Part shown: positions 1 through 14,702 of the stretch, one piece after another
How the letters are laid out: the number at the start of each line of letters is the position of its first letter
Position numbering within the stretch: the stretch's first letter is position 1
From: the human T2T-CHM13v2.0 reference genome, Homo sapiens
NCBI RefSeq assembly: GCF_009914755.1
Contig: NC_060937.1
Reading direction: 5' to 3' (one strand)
DNA length: 64,000 nucleotides
The notes under the pieces: generated by a model
What the model was told of the DNA's origin: nothing
The model's database searches: none
What the model saw: the letters and a program-made list of their open reading frames with translations, nothing else
Program-made: the position numbers and the translations under genes

Positions 1-928
1 AGCAAGACAATTTTACCTCTTTTCCAATCTAGATACTTTCTCCTCCTTTCCCCCCTTCTTTTCTTTCCTCCTGCCTTATTGCACTGGATAGAACTTCCTT
101 TAGAATATTGCGTAGAAATTATAAGATTAGATATTCCTCCCTTGTTCCTGATTTCAGGGGGAAAGCATTCAGTCCTTCAACATTAAGTGTGATTTTAGTT
201 GTTTTCTTGTAGACGACTTACCAGGTTGAAAAATTTTTCTTCTAAGTCTAGGAGTTTTTAATCACTGTGATAAGTTTAATAAAGTTGCTACCTTAGCATT
301 CATTTTAGGCCTAACATAAATTGTTCGTAATTCAGTCATGCCCTGTCACCTTTGGCCTAGTTAGAACTTCCCCTCCCTGCCGTTGTTTGCAATATGGCCT
401 ACTTGTGCCTCATCTCACTGACCCAAAATGCAACACACCATGAGCTGCCGATCACAGTAAAACCTAATGGTCAGCCTCAGAAGTCATGTGAATAAGTTCC
501 CATTCACATTTGTTTTCTTTAACCAATTCACAAGAAGGAAAGCATAAGGAATAATGTCCCTTAAAGGTGTAGTTCCACAGTTCTTCTTTCTCCCTCTCCC
601 TCCTGCTCCTTCCCTCTCCTGTCTCAGGACCTCCTGTCTGTCTCTGTTTGGCACTCTAACCTCTCTGGGACCTATGAGTAATAAACTTCTTTCGTTTCAT
701 GTATTTTGCCTTAGCTTCCTCATTGTGTCTCCATTGAGACACACATACTGTATTGTTCTTGATATCATTTAACATCTTTTCTTTAACAAATCAACAGTCA
801 TGAATGGATATTGGATTTTGGGAAATGCTTTTTCTATTGAGATGATCATGTGATTTTGTCCTTTATGATAGTAGTTATTATATTGATTTTTGGAGATTAA
901 GCTAACCTTATATTCTTGGGATACATTT

Positions 929-930
<2 letters not shown>
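1..930 (-). mobile_element. Old L1M LINE fragment (ORF2 RT region), interrupted by an LTR at 266-796
   Basis: Antisense L1 ORF2-like sequence (cttgttcctgatttcagggggaaagcattcagt; gagtttttaatca..tgaatggatattggattttg) resumes after the LTR at 797. Confidence 0.8.
266..796 (+). mobile_element. Solo LTR, ERVL class (MER74/MER73-like, tentative)
   Basis: TG...CA termini split a contiguous L1 sequence. Degenerate 5-bp TSD atcac/gtcat; AATAAA near 680. Family from recalled consensus. Confidence 0.65.
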
Positions 931-986
<56 letters not shown>

Positions 987-1222
987 TGGGTCAGGGTCTT
1001 GCTCTGTTGCACAGGCTGGAGAGCGGTGGTGCAATCATAGCTCACTGTAACCCCAAACTCCGGGCTCAGGTGAGCCTCCCACCTCAGCCTCCTGAGTAGC
1101 TTGGACTACTGGTGTGTGCCACTAGGACCGGCGAATTTTTTAAGTTTTTTTTTAGAGATGGGGTCTCACTATGCTGCTGAGGCTGGTCTTGAACCCCTGG
1201 CTTCAAGTGGTCCTCTTGCCTT
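931..1222 (-). mobile_element. AluJ, 5' end missing, 55-nt pure poly(A) tail
   Basis: T run 931-985 followed by antisense Alu right arm, linker and partial left arm with J-type diagnostics; stops abruptly at about 1222. Confidence 0.92.
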
Positions 1223-1863
1223 AAGGAGAGAGAAACTAGATTAAAATACAAAAGTAAATACCCAAGCCTAGAGAAGGGGAAAGATAGTGATGACTATTAT
1301 TAACAAATTAATTATAGTGATTATTATTTTTTGCTTACCATTAGTTAATTTTGGATAGCAGACACATACATTCAAATATTTTAATAGTCCATGAAATATA
1401 TAGGTGGGTAGTCTGGTTCTAGACACATGTTAAGCTGAAGTGCCAAGGATAGGAAGTAAGGTTGAAAGTAGTGGCATTCTTTTACTGAAAAGACATTTAC
1501 TTTTTGGGTTGTTTTGCAGGTATAATGGTATCTCATCTACATTGTCACTTTGCCTAGTTTACTATTTTGTTTTTTGTTTGTTTCAGTGAATTCCTGAAAG
1601 AGAAAAAATAAACAACATGATTCTCTCTGTAACAGCCCCCCGGACCCCCTCACCCAGTGTTCAGCATGATATAGACCCTTGTGTTTACCCTTTTTTTAAA
1701 ACCAGGAAATGGCGCTCCTGGTGTTTGGTGTGAGCACTGATTATGCTTGGTCATCAGAAATGAATGAACTGGCAAGGGAAATGAATAAATGAGCTCAGAG
1801 AAAGCAAAACTGAATCATGCTGAAGATGCTTTCTAGGATGATTGTATTTCTGAAACCTTAAAT

Positions 1864-2104
1864 CAAGCTTGTCCAACCTATGGCCCATGGGCTGCATGTG
1901 GCCCAGAATGGCTTTGAATGCAGCCCAACACAAATTTGTAAATTTTCTTAGAACATTACAAGATTTTTTTGTGATTTATTTATTATTTACTTATTTTTAG
2001 CTCATTAGCTGTCTTTAGTGTTAGTGTTAGTGTATTTTATGTGTGGCCCAAGACAATTCTTCTTCCAGTGTGGCCCAGGGAAGCCAAAAGATTGGACACC
2101 CCTG
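1864..2104 (-). mobile_element. MER30 non-autonomous hAT-Charlie DNA transposon
   Basis: Termini caagcttgtccaa...ttggacacccctg; 8-bp TSD ccttaaat (1856-1863) / ccttagat (2105-2112). Confidence 0.92.
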
Positions 2105-2457
2105 CCTTAGATATTGAAAATTAGAGGTGCCTGCATTTCCAGTAATTAAGACAATTCTTACTGTGCATTTTTTTGCTTTCCATTATCTTTCATTAAAAAA
2201 ATCTCCAACTTTTACCTTTTAGAATATTAGGATAGAATCTTATTAATATGAATACGTCCAAAAGTTGGCTTTTGTGGTTTTCTTTTGTCAGAAGTGCTGT
2301 AGGATAATATAACTTAAAACACATACAGTTTTCTGCTTCTCTCAAGATGTTCAGTTGTTTTTCAGAAACACCTGAATGAATGGTGCTAAACTTTCCATGG
2401 GCTTTGTCTGAAACTCGACAAGCATTAGATTAATATTTCTTTTGTAGGTCCAATTAG

Positions 2458-3201
<744 letters not shown>

Positions 3202-4225
3202 AAATTTCTTTTTTTTAAGATTATTTTGAAAGTATCGGTTGTGATAAAATGAGGAAACCATATGTGAATGGATGGAATGTGGTGTCTTTTCCTAAGTTGA
3301 ATAGAATTTGATTAATCTGACTATCCTCAGAAGATTTTGCAAATTTCATTTAAATTTAAGTTAACAGAATTTCTGAAGTAGTAATCTGAGGAGTTAACCT
3401 AGGCCAGCCAATTTTTTTTTTTTTTAACAGTTGAATGAATAGAAATCCAGAAAAGTTTGAGTTGAGCAAGGCATTTTGATCTATTTCCCCACAGAAATCA
3501 GTGGGAAAACTTTCACTTTTGTTCCAATCAGAGCAACTCCCTTTTAGTTGTTTAGTGTTTTGATTAAAGTTTTATTTTAAGAAAGGTTCTGCTTTAAAAA
3601 AAAAAGTTACAAAACCACTGCTTTTAAGGGGAAGGGATCCCAAATAAGTATGAGTGGAAAGCTATCAGAGTCTCTTGGCTTTTTTAAAAAATTAGCGCCT
3701 ACTAGAGAGTCTTTCCTTGACAGTTATTTGCTATAAACTAGGCTTTGATATGATCAGAATAGAAGGCATCATTTGGAGTATCAAATACAGAGGAAAATAA
3801 AGTGATTCTTCAGCCTTTGCTTTGGCATAGAATGTTACCAGGTATGGACTTAACTATGTTTGCTGAAATTATTTTCAGGTTTTAGAGTCAGGAATGAAGG
3901 AACATTCCTTGAGTATTTGATAGATTTGTGGTTTATAGACAGTAAATTCTATAATCGATGAGCTTCCTCTTTAGAAGTTCTTGAACCAAATTTATGGTTC
4001 ACTGTAAGCCAGTGTATAGGATTTAAAAGGATGAGTCTTTGCATGAGTCTGATTTCTAACTCATTTGATACTTCTTTTTCACTTCCAATAAATGTTATCT
4101 TGCTTTCTGAACAAAGTAGGTTATACATAAATGCAATTACATACGGATGGTTCCTGACTATACCTACACCCTTGTGTAGGTTTCAGGCTCTGGACTGGAT
4201 GCTCTGTTGCCTCTAAGACCTGATG

Positions 4226-4750
<525 letters not shown>

Positions 4751-7236
4751 AATAGAAAATTTCCCAGTAACTGGCAGAGTAAAGAAAGCAGCAATAGAGA
4801 GAAAATCCCTAAGAAACCTTCAGATCTGTATGTGTGTTCTGAGACCATACCTTGGAAGAGAGGGCAAAAACAATGTAGGTCTCTTTTTCCAGCTATTAAC
4901 ATATATTCTAATAGGATAGATACCTTGAGAGAATAATTAGTCAATAAGAAAGATAATGACAGGCACCTCTATGGATGCTTAAAATGGGGGCAGAAAGAAA
5001 TTAATGCTAAAGTGGTAATTTGAAGCCTAGGGTCTTAGTGGAAAGATAGCAATAGCCATGGTAAAGCAGTTTGGACAGTTACTGTGGATAGCATCTGTCA
5101 CTTTTGATAAGAGTACATGTTTGCATAATGATTTATGGGTTAAGTTTCTTTAGTTATGTGATCTCATTTGATGTATACAACACCATAAGGTGGCTTATTA
5201 TTCAGATGACACTGGTCACATGGGGACAAGTTCCAAAGGGAGCAAGCAAGGACAGAAAAAACAATTATTTTCCGTAATGGTTAAGAAACGGAAAGGTTCT
5301 TATAGTCACAAATGGCAAGTGAACAGTAAAGCTGGTTCAAGAAATCCTGATTCTAGTCTAGGGCTCCTTCTCCTATAGTGTTTATTATTTTGTTTTTACT
5401 CAAAATGGAAATACTTAAAGATGCAGAGTAGTTCATAATTAGAGTAGGCAGAAGTGGGGGTGAAGCTAAGAGTCGAAGGCTCCTTAAGCCCAAGTAGGAG
5501 TTATTTTCTGCTAGGTAGTGTCTTTCATTGAAAATTTCTTATTTCATTGAAAATTTTTTTAAATTATGAATTTGATTATATTACTTGTTATTTCTTTGAA
5601 CCATTTTTCAGAAGAATGACCCTGAGCACACTCTGCTATGGTGTTTGTACTTTACCCTCTGTATTTCATTTCTAGAACATCCTTTTCCCACTTCTTTTAG
5701 CTTCGACCATCTTTTGAAGCCACTCTAGCTTTGTTGGAGTTTGCTTTGTGATCAGGAGGCTACCTAAAGCCTGTTTCAGTCTCTTCAAATAGCTACAGCA
5801 GCGGCAGATAGTAACAGGAGTCAGAAGTGTGGTTGCCACTCAAGTAGCCCAAAAAGGTTTGCAGTGCAGAAGCTGAAATGGCTTACCACAGATGTGATCC
5901 ACTTAAAAAGGTTCTGAAAACTCAATTCAGTGAAGTGTGTTTGGGCTCAGTGCATTGGACCTGTGACTTCCTGTAATGTTTACTTAACCCCCTAACTTCT
6001 AAGTGGTACCTCCCCCACCTCCCTGGAGGGGAAAAAGATACGCAATTGGTTTTGCAGGATTATGGAGATCAAACAAGCATCTAACAAAGACTCTTCCTTC
6101 CAGGTACCTCTTTCTCTCTTCCCTCTCATCATAGATTAATCACTTAGTTGCAAGGGACCAGTAAATTAACAGAATGGTGAACATTTTCCTTTTCTTGCTG
6201 CTTTTGCTGGATGACTAGTGGTTTCTGCTGGAACAGAGATGAACCATCTCAAGGTTATGAAAATTCCTGACTGTGGCAAATGTGAAAGAGTGTCTTTTTA
6301 ATTCCTGGGAAATACTAAGACTTCTTCTCTAAGGTGCTTATTTGTAAAGTAAAAAGGTGACCTTAATTTCCAGTGCTATGCAGTGAACACAATTTTTGTG
6401 GAAACTAGTTCTAGGATTTGAAATGAAGACTATATGGTCTCTGTTAATCTGTATTGGTAAACGCACTGCACTTTATTGAGAGTTCTGGTCGTTAACCAGC
6501 GGAATTACTAGTATTATAGAAATTTATTAAGGATGGCTTATTGGAGTTGACTTGTAATTTCAGTCATTTCTTTGTAATTACGAGGTAAAAGATGATTTGT
6601 CTTGAGTTTAATTATTTCTGTAAGTTAAAATAAGGAATTTGTAAAGCATTCCTCAGTTTTATGTTCAGTTATCTAGGAAACATGCAGCAAAGAAAGGATG
6701 TGAGATAATTATTCAGAAATTTTAGTTGCTCGTGGTTGTGTGTTGAAGGCATATACGTGACAAGCAGTTTTGGAATTTCTTGCAAAGTCAGTATTGCCCT
6801 ATAGATTGACCTTACAGAAAGTCCTTATTGTGTGTTTCAAAGTCTTCTTTGTAAATTAAAATATGAAAGCTGTTGTTACTCTGCTGATAGTTCTGATAAC
6901 TCATGCTAACTAAATAGTTAAGGGAGTGGAAGAATACAGCCAGCATTCCATCATCTGGAAGGAAAATAGTGAGGTGGCAGATCCCTGCCTGACTCAGCTT
7001 TCACCATGCCATAAATAATATCATTTTCCCAAGCAATACTGTGGAATGCAAAAAGAAAGAAAAATGTAAAAAAAAAAAAAGTGGACTGAGATGAAGAAAG
7101 CCAATTTATAGTTGTAATAAATAATATTTTGTGTCAAAAAGGAAGAACAAATTGACAAGAACTTGGAGAAATACCAGCTATGGATAAAGGGAAATAAAAA
7201 TGATGGAAATCCAGATGGTATAGAACTAAAGATCCA

Positions 7237-7261
7237 AATGTAAACAGCAGCTGTTTACATT
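7237..7261. promoter_or_regulatory. Perfect palindrome with two inverted forkhead motifs around an E-box (candidate cis-element)
   Basis: AATGTAAACAGC-A-GCTGTTTACATT: 12-bp arms containing GTAAACA, TGTTTAC and CAGCTG. The structure is seen; function is inferred. Confidence 0.35.
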
Positions 7262-7668
7262 AATTATCTTGTGGATGGAGTCCCTCACTGAGCTGATATG
7301 CTGTTACGTTAGTGCTTTCAGGTTTTGGGTTGAATCACTTAGGTATGCCTACACACTTGCTTTGAGAAAAATCATATGGTTAGCTGTGCTTTCCTTAATA
7401 ATGATAAGTTAAATAACTATAATTTTACTATACTCAGTCATATGGAGAGATTTGAAGACTGAAGTATAATTCTGTGTTACTGCTAGTTGGTAAGCAGATG
7501 TCCCTACCTCATGGTCTCTTTGACTAAGTTAGATTGTAAGCCTCTGGAAGGCAGAAGACTGTTCTTCATCTCAGGTTTGGCATAATGCCTTTCATATAGT
7601 AGGGGCTCAGGAATCTCTGTTGATGTTATAAATTTGATAAGTGTTCACTGCTGAACCTGCATGTTGAT

Positions 7669-7729
7669 GGTAAGACCATATAATGGTCTTACCTAGAAAA
7701 ACCATATAATGGTCTTACCTAGAAAAACC
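7669..7729. repeat. 11-bp inverted repeat overlapping a 26-bp tandem duplication
   Basis: ggtaagaccat-ata-atggtcttacc (7669-7693); accatataatggtcttacctagaaaa x2 (7675-7700, 7701-7726). Confidence 0.95.
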
Positions 7730-8049
7730 TTTTGACTTGTATTGCTTTGCTCTATCTTCTGCTGAAATTAAACTATAAACCCCCCAAATGCATAATAAAA
7801 GCCCTTGCCTTGCTGTGTGGCTGACAGTTTCTAATGTGAGTGGAGGTAATAGCTGAGGATGGTGCTGTAGAAAACTTACCTCATAGGCCTAGGAAAGAAA
7901 GGTTTAAGGCTATCATCATGGATTCTGTTAGATGACTTGATTTTTACTGTATTAAAAGCTTCCTTTCCAGTGATTTGGGATTGCATGGAATAGAGTGCTG
8001 TACTTGGGTGTCACAGAACCCTGGGTTTGTGGATAGAATTATGATGCCC

Positions 8050-8620
8050 CAAAAATACCTCATTTGATATATAATCTTGATTTTGTTTATAGAATTTTCT
8101 GTAATGAAGTAATATTTGATTTTTTTCAAGTAGTTTAATATTTGCCCTTTATTGTTTTTCAATAATATTTTGAAAGACGTTTTCTTCTTCAAGATTGTTA
8201 AAAATATTTTTTGTGTTTCTTTTCGCTCTTTATTGGTTTTATTTTGCACATTTTTGCTGTTAATACATCTGAAACTTCTTTTGGTATAAGGGGTAAAGTG
8301 AGGACTCAATTTGATTTTTTTCTCCTAATGAGTATCCAGTTGTTATAATAGCATTTAACCAATAACTCTTACCCTAGGGATTTAAAATGTCACATCCATC
8401 TTATACTGAGTTCCTATATATACTGCCAGTTTCTGCATTTTCTAGTCTATTCCATTATAGGTTTATTTATTCACACTATTTTAATTATTGAAGCTATATA
8501 ATGTTTTAATATCTGATAGGGGATGTTCTCTACCCTTATTCTTCTTTTTCAGAATTGTCTTGTCTGTCTTTGTTTGCTTTTCTATAAGAACTTTCAAGTA
8601 AGCTTGTCTAGTTCCTAAGA
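8050..8620 (-). mobile_element. Old L1M (L1ME-like) fragment
   Basis: Degenerate antisense ORF2 3' region (ttggtataaggggtaaagtgagg..atccagttgttataatagcattt). Confidence 0.6.
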
Positions 8621-8875
8621 GAATTGTCAGGGATACTCAAGAAACACCTGCCCTTTGTGATCAATTCTAAGAGCCCCATCTGTATTATAAATCTGGAGAC
8701 TGGGTTTTAGACCTTATTCTGACATTAACTGGCTCTGTAATAAAAAGATTAAATTCATGTTTTACTATTTTATAAATGTTTGCAGGTGCTTTTAAGAGAG
8801 TTATTTTGTACTGACAATTTTTTTGGTTTCTATATTCTCATCACTAAATAGAGCTATTTTAAAAATCCTCAATTT

Positions 8876-9195
<320 letters not shown>

Positions 9196-10772
9196 TCATA
9201 CTTGGAAAAATTGGAAACAACTGAATTAGAGTTCCCTAAACTCTGTTTTTTTTTTTTGAAAATTCAATTCTAAATAAATAAAAGGTGGTGTATCATCAAT
9301 CCAATCAAGGATTGAATTTAAATCTTTGTGGCCTCTGAAAGGGCTACACAGTGGAGGGAAACTACAGAAATGGCTCTTGGCAAGATCATTTGTCTGTTTC
9401 TTTTCCTCTATAACCAGTTGGTGTTTTGAAAGGAAGCATATTGTCTAGATTTTCAGAGTTCTCTAAAAACAGGATGGAGGAGTATTATTTTTGAAGTATG
9501 TAGCATGATTGTATCTTCAGCACAATTAAGTGCTTTGAAAGCTTAAATTATTTGTGCTGTCATAATTGACTATTATGATTGAAATAAGGATGTATATCTT
9601 CTTTGCTTTTTGAGTGTTGCTAGATTGAGAGCTGCTGGACAGAATGATGGGTTCATGGGAGAAGACAATCAAGGGGGTGGTAATTCTCTAAAGTCAAACT
9701 TGACATTTTGAAGGGCACATCAGTCTGTAGCTTGTATAATTCTGTAACAAATTGGAAAATAATGGAACAAATGAAGAGGAAAAATTGGTCTTCATCTGTT
9801 GGTGAATGTCAGTCACTATTAAATTAAAATGAGTTTTTAAAATGAAGAGACCAAAAGTTTTTTTTGTCTCTTTTGGAAAGTTACATTGAGAATTCATTGA
9901 TTTATGATTGCTATAGGACTTAAAAAGAAAAAAGACTAAAAAATCCAAAACCAAATCCTAAAGAAAAGTTTACCAGCAACTCCATAATCCCATCAAGAAT
10001 AATATTCTGAAGTAGAGGGCAAGGTTTGGAATTGGTTGACTCTAGTTACACAAGACTCAGTCTATTAAATAACTGTAAATAATGTTCTTAAGCAGAAGTA
10101 AATGTGATAAATCAGATAAGCTGATAGAAATTACTATTCTTCAAATCAGAAAGATGAGAAGGAAGGTTAGGAAAAACAAGAATATAAGCAAAAAATAACC
10201 CTAGAGTGTAAGTCTGAAAAATTCAGAGTGGGAGTTGGTTTATTGAATCCTCAAATGCTGTTTGTTTGTATGCTAAATGGAAATAGAGGCAGCATAACTT
10301 AATGTGATGTGAGGTTTATGTTTTCACTGTTTAAAAACACAACATGACCAGACCAAATCAGAACCACAGAGTCCCAATTCCAGATTTCTGGGAGGGAAAC
10401 CTGGCCCATTTTAGGTAGTGTCTGTCCCCATTCAGTCAGCTGTGGCCAGGAGGTTGGGGTAAGAGATTAAACCTTACTTGTGTTTTTACCAAAGTCAAAT
10501 AGTATCCCCAAATCGGCTTCTGTTTCAGTTATCATCACAGATTACATTTTAGGAAATGTGTATATATTTTTCTTCTGGATTCTAATTTGATCTTGTCGAA
10601 CGTTTTGTAGTTTTAAAATGCGTAACAGTTTACTTCCTCCAGTAAAGTGTCAGAGAGTACCTGTGTCCCTCCCCATCCTGGCCAACACCGGGATTTTTCA
10701 TATGTTTAATCTTTGCTCATCTAACAAGTTAAAATGGTATGGCATTGCAGCTCTAATTTGTATTTCTTCTAT

Positions 10773-11065
<293 letters not shown>

Positions 11066-12680
11066 CTGTATTTCTTTATATTGCTTGAGGTTGAGCATTC
11101 TTCCATGTCTGCTTTTCAAATACTCAGTAGATGGATAGTTACTTCGTTCCTTTCTGTTTTTGTTCAACCAAATAGGTAGACTGTGGGGCATTTTGTGAGA
11201 GTATTAGTTTGGAAGAAGTTTCAACTTGTTCTATCAGACATGAAGTTTAGCACTAAAAATGGTTCCTCTCAGAACTGGGTAATGTGGAGTGGAGGGGGCA
11301 GTGCCTGGAGAGCATTGAAGGAAGAAGTGGCCACTGAACAGGGTGTCATGTTGGGAATTGCTGTGATTGCAAGATATCAGAACTTTACTGCAAATTGAGC
11401 CCAGCAGGGATGGGCAACCATATGGCTTAGAAAGTGACTTATGTAGGCAAGTGGTAAAGTCTTACTGAGGTTTAGTGATGCAAGCCTGATGTGGCATCGT
11501 CAATAGATGCATTTGTTTGAGGAGTCTTGCTGTTTTGGCTTTAGTTGAATGTTAAGAATAAAATTGGTACCATGTTAATACTTTTAGAATGATTTTTGAC
11601 TATATCTAGTATTTAAAGCTTTTCTTTAGTTATTTCTCCAAAGCACAACAGAGTTTGGCAGATTTATGTGTGAACTTAAAATAAAATAAAAGATAATGCT
11701 GTTAGTGTAGTTTGGGGTGTAGGATACCTTCTGCCTCTGAGGGAATGTTAGACCTCATGCTTTGGATTGTTTTGAACAGAGGTAAACATACTCAATTTGA
11801 CTAGATGTATCTGTAGATTTTAATGTTAGTGAGCAGTGCTGTCCTGCTTCTTGTGTTAGTTTCTTGAATGGCCACCCCCCATTGCTGGACTTACGCCAGG
11901 GCAGAAGAAGGTTCACCTCATGAGCTCAGTGTACAGGAAGGAATGGAAAACATGAACATGCTTTTGCTTTTCTATGTGTAACTTCCCCTTCCCCTTTGAA
12001 ACCAATTCTTTTGGAAAGCTGCAACTGAAGACCCATATCTGAATAGCATTCTAACAGTATTTCTCATTAATATGCTTTGTCAGTCCTCAGTTTGTAAGAC
12101 ATTGTCAGAATGTTCTTGGTTTGAAGCCTGGATGCTTTCATTTCCCATCGCGCTAATTTCCATCCTGTTAATTTTTTATTCGTGACCCTCTGCTGAGAGG
12201 CCCCCCCAACACCTGTTAAATCACAGAGAAAAAAGTAAAATTTGTGGTATTTTTAGTTATTTCTGTACTAATAAGATTGCCACCTCTTAACTCTTTGTAA
12301 AAATGTAACATGGTATTTACTTTAACTCCAGTAATAGTTTTGAATTTTGACCTTTTTTTATTTGAGAAAAAAGAAACCCGAAAGAAGGTGGAAAATAGAT
12401 TATTTGGTTAAAATTTCTTTTTCTCTTTAAATGTCTTTACTCCTACAGATGTCACCTTTAAATGTGAGTCTTAAACCAGAAATATGCCCTATAAATCTAC
12501 TCACAAAAGTAATCTGGATGGGATTTAAGCCCAGGCAGATCTCAATGAGATTGTTAGGTGAGATCACCAAGGGAGGGCACACAGAGAAAGGGTCCAAATC
12601 AATATGTCAAAAGTCTGCTAGGCTAATATTTCTCTGCGTTCTTCTATGTAAAATGTGGGAATAAAATGCCACATACACTT

Positions 12681-13815
12681 TTCATCCTTTCAGCAGTGAG
12701 TTATTGCACACCTACTGTGTTCCATGCACTGTTCTGGGCACTGGGACACATCAGTGAACAAAACCTCAAAAAAATCCCTGCCCTCACAAAGCTGACATTT
12801 TAATGGGAGAATTGGGCAGTAAAGGAGACAAATTAATAAATTATTCACATGTAGCATATTAGAAGATAATAGATGGTAATGGAGAGAACTAAATCATTTA
12901 AAAAGGGTAAGGAGGTTCAGGACTTGCAGTTTTAATTGGGGTGAGGCAGAAGTAATATTTGGGCAGAGATTTGAAGGAGGTGTGAGGGACTGAGCCACGC
13001 AGGTGTAGGTGGGTGGGGCGGAACATTCCAGGAGAGATGGTAGCAAGTGCAAAGGTCTTGGTGGGCTGCTCTCTAGTGTGTGTGTTCAGGGAGGAGACCT
13101 GCAGTAGAATGAGGAGGGGAGAGGGAGAGAGTAAGAGATGAGGACAGAGTGGTTAGGGGAGGGAAGGAAGCAGGTCATGTGGCTCTCTTAGGTCATCGTA
13201 AAGGTTTTAGATTTTCATCACACTGTGTGTGCTGAACGGCCACCAGAGGGTTTGAAATGGAAGAGAGATGTGATCCAACTTCTTTGACAGAAATGCTCTA
13301 GCTTCTCAGGAAAACAGTCTGTTGGGGAACAGAGAATAAAGTGGAGACCAGCCGGGAGGCTTGGGTGAGGATGCAAGCAGTTGAGGTGGGGGAAGCAGTA
13401 GGATTTTGATGTATTTAGAAGGTGGAAACACTAGTAGGATTTACTGGTGGATCTGACAGTGAGGGAGGGAAATTAAGGATGCCCAGGGTTTTTGACTTGA
13501 GCAGCTGAGATATGGGGTTGCCATGAACTGAGAGGGGGAGACTACGAGCTCTAGATTGCTGGGGAACGTCAGGAGTTCAATTTTGGGCATGTTATATTTC
13601 ATATTAGGGTTGTGTATTAGACATCCACGTGAAGACACTGAGTTAGCTGTTGAGTATACAGTTTCAAAGTTCATGGAAGTGGTCTGGGCTGGAGATGGGA
13701 ATTTGGGAGTTGTCAGGATATATGTGGCATTTAAAACCATGAGATCAGGAAAGGAGGGAGTCGGGATAGAGAAGAGAAAAGGTCCGAGGACTGAGTTGTA
13801 GGTTCTTGAGGTCGG
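12681..13815 (-). mobile_element. L2 (L2a-like) 3' portion
   Basis: Typical antisense L2 motifs: cacctactgtgttccatgcactgttctgggcactggg, cctgccctcacaaagctgacatt, aggagttcaattttgggcatgtt, ggctggagatgggaatttgggagt. Confidence 0.85.
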
Positions 13816-14322
13816 GGATGCTTTAGGAACGGCTGGGCACTGGTGACTATTACTTGGTCACCCCTTAAGGTACTTGCATCCCTGCCGGGCTCACTGTGGG
13901 GTGTTAATCCCAGTGCACTCAGCTGTTATTTCAGAATGGATGTCTAACTGGAAAGATACTAGGTAGTCATTCAAAAGGACCTCAAAGGAGCAGGCGAGTT
14001 TTTTTTTTTTTTTTTGCTTTCTACCGCAGTGATTCTAGATTATTTTGGGCTTTGCTTGATTTCTGGACCAATAAGCTTTGCTGAACTGCAGTTTTAATGA
14101 AGTTCATGATATCACCAATCTCTACAAAGTGATTTATTTAACTAATCTCTAATAATAAAATATTTCAACCTGACAGCTGACTTTTTAAGAAGCATGTGAT
14201 TAATAGTAGTTTGAGTGATAATTAATTTTCAGGAAAGATTCCAGAATATTGGAAATATTTTTGTTTTTTTGCGGGAGTGAATCTGTTTTATTTATGAATT
14301 TTATGGTAATTTTACCTTACAG

Positions 14323-14702
14323 TGTGTCTTAGCTCAGGCTGCGTAACAAAATACCACAGACTGTATAGCTTAAACAACAGAGATTTATTTTCTCATAGTT
14401 CTGGAGGCTATGAAGTCCACGAACACAGTTCCAGCAGGGTTCAGTTCCTGGTGAGGGCCATCTTTCTGGTTTACCTGCGAGTTCTTTGTCCTCAGATGGC
14501 CTTTCTTCTGAGTGGGTGCAGAGAGTGTGAGTTTGGTGTCTCTTCTTCTAAGGCCATAGGTCCCATAGGATCCAGCTCCCACCCTATGACCTCATTTAAC
14601 CTTAATTACCACTATAAAGGCCCTACCTCCAAATGCATCACATTAGGGTTGGGAGCTTCCACATGATTTTGGTGGATTATATACAATTCAGTGTATAATA
14701 CA
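14323..14702 (-). mobile_element. MLT1A-type MaLR solo LTR
   Basis: gctgcgtaacaaaataccacagactg..atttattttctcatagttctggaggct..atgacctcatttaaccttaattac; TG...CA ends. Confidence 0.88.

Noticed and set aside
1500-1735. Possible exon after acceptors at 1519 or 1586
   Set aside because: Acceptor-like tracts exist but donors are weak and no frame or other support is visible.
5523-5556. Short direct repeat tttcattgaaaattt x2 (similar ones at 14911, 27532, 28978)
   Set aside because: Ordinary micro-duplications with no further structure.
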